A stretch of DNA of 64,000 nucleotides, taken from an uncultured Planctomycetaceae bacterium. Lineage in GTDB: Bacteria > Planctomycetota > Planctomycetia > Planctomycetales > Planctomycetaceae. The stretch spans positions 64,001 to 128,000 of the forward strand of contig CAWFAK010000002.1 in the NCBI GenBank assembly GCA_963813715.1, read 5' to 3'. The stretch's first letter is position 1, and every line of letters starts with the position of its first letter. The notes beneath the pieces were generated by a model. The model had not been told where the DNA came from and did not search any database. It saw nothing but the letters and a program-made list of their open reading frames with translations. Below, piece after piece: positions 46,469-55,525 of the stretch. A program made the translations under genes and the position numbers.

Positions 46469-46777
46469 TTACTGCGCCGGGCGGTGCCAGTATTGTTGGC
46501 TATACGGAGAAGCCGGCGAGAGTCCCCAGCCGCCGACGATCTGCGACTGATTGAGCACGTGCTTGTAGTTGTACGGACGGAACGAGTGGAAACCGGAATA
46601 GGCCGGAATTTCCTGCGTGTAGCCGTGCAGCCAGGGCGCCCGGCTATCGAAGCAGTAGCGGGCCTCGGCCGGGGCGACCATCGATTCGACGACGTTGGGC
46701 TGCGGCGCCGGCATGACGGCGGCCGGACCGGCCCCCAACAGAGCCGACATTAAAACGGGCCAGCAGTTCGCCGCCAT
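46469..46777 (-). CDS. Small secreted aromatic-rich hypothetical protein
   Basis: GGAGG RBS, hydrophobic N-terminus, then FDSRAPWLHGYTQEIPAYSGFHSFRPYNYKHV..PYSQQYWHR. Confidence 0.7.
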   Translation of the reverse strand: MAANCWPVLMSALLGAGPAAVMPAPQPNVVESMVAPAEARYCFDSRAPWLHGYTQEIPAYSGFHSFRPYNYKHVLNQSQIVGGWGLSPASPYSQQYWHRPAQ

Positions 46778-47200
46778 CGGTAACCTCCGTGTCTTCGGGG
46801 GCGCGTCATTCGTCGCGCGGGGATCGAGCCCTCGTCCGTGAGGGGCAGATCGCAATCTTCCGTAATCTATCGGCTCGACCGACCGACCCTTGCCGGTGAA
46901 CCAGGCCGCCCGCCGTTAGCTGTGCCGGATTAGTCGGCGGTCCCCGCCGCGATTCGCCCGTTTGTCGCATTGTGTGATCAGTTCGCAGGCGAACGAGTGT
47001 CGGGATTTCCCGGCCGGCGGACGTCAAAGGCGGCGGTTGTGGGAAACTGATTCTTGCGGGGGACGGTCAGAAGCCGTTCGGGCGGCAAAACCCAAACTTC
47101 CCGTTCAATTCGCAAGACCCGCATAACCGATACGACCGTAAACACCCGTCTCTGAGCCATTTGCACGGACGGATTGCGCTCCAGAGAAATCGGATCCCCG

Positions 47201-49273
47201 ATGTCTGACATGTTTGCGGCAACACCGCATTCTCGACCGACCCGGCGACGAACGCTCCTCTCGGAGACGGTTCGTCGGCCTTGGCGCATTCGCACGGCTG
47301 CCTGTTTGCTCGCCGGTTGTGGCCTCGCCCTGCCGACGACGCGACTGGCCGCACAGCAACAGTGGGCTCCCGTGCCGTCGGCGGCCGTCGTCGCAGAAGC
47401 GCCCCCGCGGCCCCATTCGGGCCATCCGCTGCCCGAGCAAATCAGCGCGATGCCGAGCGTTTCCGAAAACCTCGAAATCGTACAGCATCACAGCCAGCTC
47501 TTGGTCGCACGCACCAATGTCGTGCGGACGGCCGTGGCCGATCCGACCATCGTCGACATCGTGCAATACAGCCCGAGCGAGCTGTCGATCATCGGGCTGG
47601 AACTGGGCAGCACCACGCTCACGCTCTGGTTCGACAACAGCCATCAGCCGTTGATCTACCAGGTCAACACGATTCGCGACCCCAACGTCGAAGAGCGTCG
47701 CCGGCTCGACTTCAGCAAGCTCGAACGGAAGCTGGCGATCCTCTTCCCGAACAGCAAGGTCTACCTGATTCCCTTCTCCGGCAAGCTCGTGGTGAAGGGG
47801 CAGGCCCACGACACCGAGGAAGCGGCCAAGATCCTGCAGATCATCCGCGGCGAAGTCGCCGTGACGCCGCCGGTGTCGGCCGAATTCGCAGAGAAGCAAA
47901 CGCTCAACCAGCCGCAGCAGGCCAACCGGCGACACGTGACAATCAAGGCGGACGAATCGGCCGCCCCGGTCGCGACCGATATCGTGAATCTGCTGGAGGT
48001 ACCCGGCGAGTTCCAGGTGATGCTCCGCGTACGGATTGCCGAGCTCAACCGCTCGCTGCTCCGCAGCATGGGAGTCAACCTGAACAACGTGCTCTTCGAT
48101 CGCCGGCACACCGTGCAGCAAATCCGCAATACACGCCGGCAGTCGCTCGCGGGGATTTTTGAAAACGGCGAAATCGACGCGGCCATTCACGCCTTGATCT
48201 CCAACAACACGGCCACGATCCTGTCGGAGCCGGTGTTGACCGTGATCAGCGGGCACTCGGCCAGCTTTCTCTCAGGCGGTGAATTTGCCGTCCCGACGAT
48301 CGTCGGCGTCGAAGGGGTCGGGGCGCAGCAGACGACGTTTCACGGCTTCGGCACGTCGCTCGTCGTCACGCCGCAAGTGCTCGACCACGATCTGATCCGC
48401 ATGAAGATCTCGCCGGAATTCAGCCAGCTCGACAGCGCGAACACGGTCAACGGGATTCCCGGTGTCGACACGCGGCGGGCCGAAACGACCGTGCAGCTTC
48501 GCGAGGGGCAGACGATCGTGCTCGCCGGGCTGATCTCGCGGCAGAACAATACGTCCGTCGCCAGGACCGGCTGGAGCGACATGCCGGTCGTCGGACCGCT
48601 GTTCTCCGGCAGGCGTTCGCTGCAGGAAGAGACCGAGCTGTTGATTCTGGTGACGCCGGAGATCGTGCGGCCGATGGACGGGGAAGAAGTGCCGCCGGTG
48701 CCCGGGCACGAAGTGACCGCTCCCAACAACTGCGAATTCTTCAAGTGCGGCAAGACCGAAGGCTGCCCGGACCCGAACGTTTACCAGTCGGCGCCTTACG
48801 GCACCGGTCAAAACGCGGGCGTGCCCGTCGGCTTCCAACTGTTCAATTCACATTCGACCACGCCGACGGTTCCCGCCCAGGTCATGCCGACGCCCGCGGC
48901 GCCCACCGCACCGCCGGCTCCGGGAGCCAGCACGCAGTATCGCCCCTACCAGCCGACGCAGACGCCAACAGCACAGGCGCCGGCCAGCGGCACGCTGCAA
49001 TCGCTGGGCAACGCGCAGACGGCCAACTACGGCGCGCCGACCGATGGCCCGATCGTGCAGACCGCTGCGACGTTCTCGGTCTCGGACTCGCCGCAAACTG
49101 ATTCGTCGGATCCCCGCTCGAAGTGGTACCAGCATCCGTTCCGCAGCTTCGGCTGGTCGCAGTCGACCCCGCAGCGTCCAGCCGACGGCGCGACCGCCCC
49201 GTCATCGGCTGCGGCAGCGCCACCTTCCGCAAGCGGAACGGATACGGCTCAACCGCAGCAGGTGCAGCCATGA
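47201..49273 (+). CDS. CpaC/RcpA-like secretin (pilus-assembly N domain + BON-like + secretin domain) with Pro/Thr-rich tail
   Basis: RTAVADPTIVDIVQYSPSELSIIG..GSTTLTLW, QVMLRVRIAELNRS, ILSEPVL..ISGHSASFLSGGEFAVP, FGTSLVVTP, PEFSQLD, TRRAETTVQLREGQTIVLAGL, ETELLILVTPEIVRP. Confidence 0.92.
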   Translation: MSDMFAATPHSRPTRRRTLLSETVRRPWRIRTAACLLAGCGLALPTTRLAAQQQWAPVPSAAVVAEAPPRPHSGHPLPEQISAMPSVSENLEIVQHHSQLLVARTNVVRTAVADPTIVDIVQYSPSELSIIGLELGSTTLTLWFDNSHQPLIYQVNTIRDPNVEERRRLDFSKLERKLAILFPNSKVYLIPFSGKLVVKGQAHDTEEAAKILQIIRGEVAVTPPVSAEFAEKQTLNQPQQANRRHVTIKADESAAPVATDIVNLLEVPGEFQVMLRVRIAELNRSLLRSMGVNLNNVLFDRRHTVQQIRNTRRQSLAGIFENGEIDAAIHALISNNTATILSEPVLTVISGHSASFLSGGEFAVPTIVGVEGVGAQQTTFHGFGTSLVVTPQVLDHDLIRMKISPEFSQLDSANTVNGIPGVDTRRAETTVQLREGQTIVLAGLISRQNNTSVARTGWSDMPVVGPLFSGRRSLQEETELLILVTPEIVRPMDGEEVPPVPGHEVTAPNNCEFFKCGKTEGCPDPNVYQSAPYGTGQNAGVPVGFQLFNSHSTTPTVPAQVMPTPAAPTAPPAPGASTQYRPYQPTQTPTAQAPASGTLQSLGNAQTANYGAPTDGPIVQTAATFSVSDSPQTDSSDPRSKWYQHPFRSFGWSQSTPQRPADGATAPSSAAAAPPSASGTDTAQPQQVQP

Positions 49274-49744
49274 AGCGTCCGGCTGCTCGATCGGGTCTTT
49301 CACGCCGGATTCTGCCTGGGCCTGCTCGGCCTGTGCGGCGGTTGCGGCTGGTACGCCGCCTGCCAAACGCCCGTGCCCGACGTCTATCCGCTGGGCGCGG
49401 TCAACCGGGCTCACTATGAAACGATGCAGGCCAATGGTCAGGCGGCCGAATTCATTCTGCACCAGAACGATTTCGTCGGCAGCACCAGCGAACTTTCGCC
49501 GGCCGGCAAGGACCACGTTCTGGAAATTGCGGCCCGAGCCCGCACGATGCCTTTCCCGGTGCTCATCGAACGCTCGGAAAACAACACGAGCCCGGCCCTC
49601 GACGAGCATCGCCGCGCGAGCATCGCGCAAGTGCTGACCGACTTGGGCATCGCCGACGCGCAGACGCGGACAGTCGTCGCCCCGGCTTACGGTAAGGGGC
49701 TCGCCGGTCGCGAGCTCGAAACGGACGGCTCGGCCCGCGATTAG
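49270..49744 (+). CDS. Lipoprotein with OmpA-C/CpaD-like domain (frameshift near 49300)
   Basis: ATG overlaps the secretin stop. Basic N-terminus MKRPAAR then, in the 49373 frame, GFCLGLLGLCGGC (lipobox-like), F....ELSPAG..H, FPVLIE, ALDEHRR. Confidence 0.7.
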
Positions 49745-49788
49745 TTTCGGGGACTATCGTCACAGCCGACGTCCTCGGGCAGCGCGTC

Positions 49789-51395
49789 TTATTGCGGACT
49801 TTGTCCCGCGGCAGGTTCCGTCGTCACTGATTTCGAAGAAGTCGCGGTTGGCGCGTTCAATTGCGCAAGGAGCGTGGCGGCCGCGGCTGCCGGGTCGGCG
49901 GCACTCAGGATCGATTGACTGACGGCGATCCGCCGGGCGCCCGCCGTTGCGACCGCGGCCACGTTCTCCGCGTTGATTCCGCCGATGGCGAACCAGGGGA
50001 GCGAAATCTCGGCCGCCACCGCGCGGACCAGCTCCAGCCCGGCCAACGATTCAAACGCTTTCGTCGCCGACGGGAAAACCGGTCCGACGCCCAGATAATC
50101 GGCTCCGTCGAGCACGGCACGGCGGGCCTGCTCGATCGAGTGGGTCGAAACGCCGACCAACCGCCGCGGCCCGACAATCGCGCGGGCTTCTTTTACCGGC
50201 AACTCGTCCTGCCCGACGTGCACGCCGTCCGCATCAACGGCGACGGCCAGGTCGACGCGATCGTTCATGATGAAGAGTGCCGCCGGCCTCGCACGTCCAC
50301 ACCCGCACGCGGCGGCCCAGCTCGATCAGTCGCCGCTCGGGCATGTCCTTTTCGCGCAACTGCACGATGGCCACACCGCCGGCCAACGCCGCGCGGACGG
50401 CAGGGCCGATGCCGTGCGGGCACAGCGCATCGGTCGCCAGCAGATACAAACGCCGATCCGCCAATTCGTGGGCATTGACGTCGGCCAGGGTGAGCGCCTT
50501 TTCCAGCGTGTAGAGCTCATAGCGGAGCCGCTCGAACCGCGCGGCGGCGAGGGGCGACACGAGCTTGCCGAATTCCTCCAGCGACCGCACGGCTTCCTGG
50601 GCCCGCTTAAATGCGGCTTGGGCCACTTCGGGCGGGCTCTTCCGCGTCATCTCGGCCGGCGTGCTGATCGTCGTGCCGACGTCGGCCTGCGTGTCGCGCG
50701 AACGGACGAGCCCAGCGGCGGGCAAACCGGTCAACGCGTCGCGCAGCGCGTGTCGGACACTCCTTCAGCCGCCGCGTCAAATGCGCGTCGTCGAGCGCGA
50801 AACGCGTGTAATCCTCCAATACGCGAAGCCCTTCCCGCGCACGGTTGGCGGCGGCATCTAAAATTCGCAGCGTCGCTGTCTGGTCCGTCGCCGACGTTTG
50901 TCGCCAGGCAATTTGAAAATCGACGTCGAGCGGCGCGGGGAGCGCGTCGATCGCCGCTTGCGAGTCGATATTCGGTGGAAGATCGACCTGTGCGAGCGCG
51001 CGCGACGCCGCCGATTCGACGCGACGAAGGGCTGCCAACAAGTCCGCGGTGCCGACCTCCGCTTCCCGCCCGCGACTGGCGGCGGCCTGTGCCGCAGTGG
51101 CGACGACTCGGCGAAAGTCTTCGCTCGGCGCGGAGTCCGCAGATTTGGCGTCCGAATTCGGGACGGCATCCTGCGCGGTGAGCTCTTCGATCGGTTGCGG
51201 CAGCGGACAGTGGCGCTCGAGATGCGCCCGCGTGACTCCGCCCGACGCTAGCGCAGCAGCGGCTTCGGATTCGTCGAGAAACATGGCCCACAAGAGGTGA
51301 GCGGGCTCCAATTGCGACGCGCCACACGCGGCAGCGAGCGCTGCGGCCCGCGCTAAGGCCCGGCGGGCCGCTTCGGTCATCTGATCGTCACGCAT
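49789..51395 (-). CDS. thiE: Thiamine-phosphate synthase with N-terminal Clp-N-like and ThiD2-type domains (frameshifts near 50755 and 50280)
   Basis: MTEAARRAL...EPAHLLWAM / [11 protein letters not shown] (Clp N repeats); [45 protein letters not shown] (ThiD2); [43 protein letters not shown]. Confidence 0.92.
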
Positions 51396-51431
51396 ACCAC
51401 CATTTTAGTGTGCTGGTCGCGAGAATTGCCG

Positions 51432-52288
51432 TTAGTCGCCGAGGATCTTCGCCCGCAGCGATTCCAGCAGTCGGACGGCGTGGCCGATGTCGGCTTTCTG
51501 GCGTTCGCGGTCGTGGGCGATTTCGCGCTCGATGGTGAGCGGGCCGTGATAGCCGAGAGTGTGGAGCGTGCGGAGATACGTCTCCATGCCGACGTCCCCT
51601 TCGCCGAGCGGGACTTCTTGTCCCCATTTCTTGGTGCGGGCGTCGGCGGGAGCCCACTTGGCGTCTTTGCAGTGGACGCTCCGGACGTAGCGGCCCACCT
51701 TGTTGAGGGCCTCGATCGGATCGCCCGTGCCGTAGAGGATCATGTTGGCTGGGTCGAAGTTGATATACAGGTTGTCGCGGCCGACGTCGCCGATGAATTC
51801 GAGCAAGTGATCGGCCGACTCCTGCCCGGTCTCGAGATTAAGCTGCTGCGCAGTTTTTCGCGAGATGGTCGAGCAGGTTGCGCGTGGTGTCGAGCAGGCT
51901 GCGATAGCCGGCCGACGCGCGGTCGGGCGGAACGAAGCCGATGTGCAGGGCGACCGTGCTGCAGCCGAGGATCTTGGCGAAATCGGCGATTTCTTTCATT
52001 TCCTGCAGCCGGGCGGCCCGCGACGCTTCGGGCACCAGGCCGACCGTGCGGGCCGTGGTCGGGATGTCGGCATAGCTTTCGCCGTCGAAGCCGCCGAAGA
52101 CGGCCGTCACGCGGATGCCCGCCTGCTCGCAGCGCTTGAGGAAATCGTTCCGCAGCGGCCTGCGTGCGGTTGCCTTGATGCGGTCCGTGGATCTGCACGG
52201 TGGGCACACCCAACTCGCGTGCCACGTCGAGGTGGACGCCCAAACCGGCGTCGATCGACGCGAAAACCCCAATTTCCCAGTTCTTCAT
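51432..52288 (-). CDS. Sugar phosphate isomerase/epimerase (xylose isomerase-like TIM barrel; frameshifted)
   Basis: IGVFASIDAGLG, GESYADIPT, ALHIGFVP, INFDPANMILYG, SVHCKDA, LGEGDV, LTIERE. Confidence 0.88.
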
Positions 52289-52553
52289 CGCAGCGCCTCG
52301 CGTGGCAGGAAAACAGCCAGTGCATAGTAACCCGGCCGGATGGCGACTGTCTAACGCCCAATTCTCCGCGCACGAAGGATCGTTCCGGGGTCGAAATTCT
52401 GGTGGCTGCCTTGCCCAAATCTCCTGGTGTTCGGCGCGACCGTCAGAGTCGAAACGACCGCTAAAGTTTTCCTATTCTCACAACCGATCTCACAGTGACT
52501 GCGCCCCATTTCGCGGGGGGGCGAGGCGCGCAGATTTCGAGCACAAGGCAAAT

Positions 52554-53693
52554 ATGCGCACGATCCCCCGCCTACAAACCGTGGCCGGTCTGGCACTCGC
52601 CTGGTGCATGTTCGCGGCCGTCGGTTGCACGACGCCGCTGAAGCACGACTTCGATCCGTTCGCGCATTCGGCATGTTCCGACGTGCCTCGCGAGCTGCAG
52701 AAGGCCGTCCTTCCCGAATATCGCGTCGAACCGCCCGACGTGCTGTTGGTTGAAGTGGCCCACAACGTCCGCAGTCCGAACGAGCTGATCAAAACGGGCG
52801 AGGACCTGACCATCCGGGCCGATCTCCCCTCGGAGACGACCGGCACGGCTCCCAATCCAAACCTGACGGCCGCCGGCATCACCGGCTTCAACGACTATCA
52901 CCTGATCAACGGCTACTATCGCGTGCAGGCCGACGGCACCGTCGACCTGGGGCCGATTTACGGCGCCGTACGCGTATCCGGTATGAACCTGGAAAATGCC
53001 CGCCTGAACCTTGTGCAACACTTGCGCACCGTCAGCGGCATTGCGGACGTCAAAGCGTCGTTGTCGTACATCGACACGAGCGGCCGTCAGTTGATTGCCG
53101 GCGAACACCTTGTCCGTCCCGACGGGCAGATCTCGCTCGGCATTTACGGCAACGTCCGCGTGGCAGGCATGACGCTCGACCAGGTGACGGCGGCGGTAAC
53201 GGCGCAGCTCAGCAAATACCTGGATGATCCGGAAGTCCGCGTCGACATGCTTGGCTACAACAGCAAGGTGTTTTACGTCGTCACCGACGGCGGCGGGAAC
53301 GGTGAACGCGTCGACCGCATTCCGTTCACCGGAAATGAAACCGTGCTCGACGCAGTCGCGCAGATTCAGGGTCTGTCGGACATTTCGTCGAAACGGGTGT
53401 GGGTGGCCCGACCGTCGCCTCCGGGTTGTGCCGGTTCGCAAGTCATGATGGTCGACTGGCGAGGCATCACGCAGGACGGCGTGACCACCACGAATTATCA
53501 GATCCTTCCGGGCGACCGGATCTACATCAAGGCCGACGACCTGATTGCCTTGGATAATATGCTGGTCAAAATCACGACGCCGATCGAACGCGTGATGGGT
53601 GTGATCCTGCTCGGCGCCGGTACCTACAACCGTGTCTTGAACGCTGGCGTTGTGACGAGCGGCTCGTCGTCGACGCCGGGCACCGGATTTTAG
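52554..53693 (+). CDS. Polysaccharide export (Wza/Poly_export + SLBB) family lipoprotein
   Basis: Lipobox FAAVGC, VPRELQK..LPEYRVEPPDVL, two 'V.PDG.I.LG.YG.VRVAGM.L' units, GNETVLDA, NYQILPGDRIYI. Confidence 0.9.
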   Translation: MRTIPRLQTVAGLALAWCMFAAVGCTTPLKHDFDPFAHSACSDVPRELQKAVLPEYRVEPPDVLLVEVAHNVRSPNELIKTGEDLTIRADLPSETTGTAPNPNLTAAGITGFNDYHLINGYYRVQADGTVDLGPIYGAVRVSGMNLENARLNLVQHLRTVSGIADVKASLSYIDTSGRQLIAGEHLVRPDGQISLGIYGNVRVAGMTLDQVTAAVTAQLSKYLDDPEVRVDMLGYNSKVFYVVTDGGGNGERVDRIPFTGNETVLDAVAQIQGLSDISSKRVWVARPSPPGCAGSQVMMVDWRGITQDGVTTTNYQILPGDRIYIKADDLIALDNMLVKITTPIERVMGVILLGAGTYNRVLNAGVVTSGSSSTPGTGF

Positions 53694-53847
53694 AGCAACA
53701 ACGACGCAGATCTGAAAAATTGACGGGGTGGATTCCCTTTTCACGGGAGCACTCAAGAGGTCAGTGTGCCGGGACGTTGTCCTTCCTGGTTGCGGGATCT
53801 ATCATCTTGGAAGAACCCAATTGGGATGCGGGCGACGGAGGGCTGAG

Positions 53848-54411
53848 ATGAAACGCATCGTGCTCATCGCGGGGGCCGCCTTCTTGGCGGCGACATACAG
53901 CGACCAGCTTTGGGCGCAAATCCCGCAGTATCAGGGGGGGCCTCAGACCGGCGGTGGCGGCGGACCATCGCTCAAGCGCAGCACGCGACCCGCCGTGAGC
54001 TCTTATACCGGCCTTTTGGGCTCGTCGGTCGGCGCATCGGGCGGGCTCGGGTACCAATACTTCACCCGCGTCATCCCTCAAGTCAACGCGGCACGTTCTA
54101 TTAACTCCCTCGGCCGGTCGGTGAACCGTCTGCAGTCGCAATCGGGTTCCAGTTCGTCTTCACTTTCATCGATGCAGCAGGAGCTTCTGCTCCAGCAACA
54201 GGCGACGGGTTTGAGCTTGGGGACCACCGGACACCCGACCAGCTATTTTTCGCATACGCGTTACTTCGGCACGAACTTGCAGGGCGGCACTCCCCTTTCC
54301 AGCGGAGCGGGCGGCGCTGGTGGACTGGGAGGCGGCCTGGGCGGAATTCCCGGCTCCTCGCCCGGATTCGGAACCGCCGGACTGTCCAGCGGCTCAGGTC
54401 TGCGGCACTAG
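53848..54411 (+). CDS. Secreted Gly/Ser-rich hypothetical protein
   Basis: GGAGG RBS, signal peptide MKRIVLIAGAAFLAA..LWA-Q, RPAVSSYTGLL..YQYFTRVIPQ and TGHPTSYFSHTRYF motifs. Confidence 0.75.
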   Translation: MKRIVLIAGAAFLAATYSDQLWAQIPQYQGGPQTGGGGGPSLKRSTRPAVSSYTGLLGSSVGASGGLGYQYFTRVIPQVNAARSINSLGRSVNRLQSQSGSSSSSLSSMQQELLLQQQATGLSLGTTGHPTSYFSHTRYFGTNLQGGTPLSSGAGGAGGLGGGLGGIPGSSPGFGTAGLSSGSGLRH

Positions 54412-54562
54412 TGATTAGCGGCCGGTGCTCCTTAAGTGGTGATTCTTAACTGGGGAAACGCGCATTCGACGCGCCTGGGGTGAGCGACAACGCTGGTAAA
54501 TGTACCGGCGGCCGATCGAAGAATCATCGATCTGTCAGGGATGACAAATCGGAGTCAATGGA

Positions 54563-55375
54563 ATGATCTCGATGAGACGCACCCTGCTTCCGGGGATGCT
54601 CGCCGCGATGGGGCTGGGCAGCCTGTGGTCGAGCGTCGGCGAGCGCGGCCGATCCGCCGCTCTGCAATACACCTGCCTCTTATCGCCTGTTTAACCCATC
54701 CACGATGGGACCGCGGACGAGCGGCTGCGGCCGTTGCGAGCCGATCCCCTGCGCAACCCCGGCTTCTTCCTCGACAATCCGCGGGGAACGGGCGTGGATG
54801 ATCCTTGGCGGCCTCCGCAAAAATGGCCCGAAACCCGCTATCCGGTGGTTCCCGCTTACACGCGTCCCAGCTACGGCTTCTACGAAACATCGTGGCGGGT
54901 GTTGCCGTTGTGCAATCCGGCGCCGTACGTCGCCGGACCGCTGTCGCCGGCCAACCTGGCTTATCACCAGCCGCCCCTGCCACAGATCGCGCCAATTCCC
55001 GCCCAACAACCGCCGGGCGCGAATTCAGCCAATCCGCCGTTGCCGCGACCGCCCGTCGTGCCGCCGGCAGTGCAAGCGAGTCCGGGCGGTCCGGCCGCCG
55101 CGACTCCGCCCGCCGCCAAATCGCCGAATCCGAATGGACAAACTGCGCCGGGCGGCGTGCCGACAGCCGTGCCCCCGGTTCCCCTGCAGCCGCAGAAGCC
55201 GACGGAACCGACCAACGAGCTGCAGCCGCAGGTCCCCAAGGCCACGCCGCCGACGAATCCGCCCAGGCTGCGAGGCCCGAATCAGGGGGGCCTGCCCCTC
55301 GATGGATTCCAGCGCTCGGCCATGCTCGAATCTCCGGCCCAAGAGGAAACGGAAATCCGGGTTCAGCCGTTCTAG
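54563..55375 (+). CDS. Secreted Pro-rich hypothetical protein (frameshifts near 54635 and 54755)
   Basis: Signal-like MRRTLLPGMLAAMGLGSLW, Cys-containing segment GCGRCEPIPC, PSYGFYETSWRVLP motif, long Pro-rich tail. Confidence 0.6.
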
Positions 55376-55434
55376 CGAGGGAGCCGGTTCTACGTTGACG
55401 CCGTGCCCGCCTCTGTTCCGGTTGAGCGCACTCT

Positions 55435-55492
55435 CCCTCGCTCACCGCTTCGGGTTGGTATCGCAGCTACTAACCCGAAGCGTCAGCGAGGG
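55435..55492. repeat. REP/BIME-like inverted repeat pair (copy 3)
   Basis: CCCTCGCTCACCGCTTCGGGTTGGT-N9-ACTAACCCGAAGCGTCAGCGAGGG between convergent genes. Confidence 0.85.
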
Positions 55493-55525
55493 CAATGCGA
55501 CCCGCGGATCAAGTTGCGCCGGGGC

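Noticed and set aside
51396..51431. TPP riboswitch upstream of thiE
   Set aside because: The intergenic gap is only ~36 bp and has no CTGAGA or related TPP core motif.
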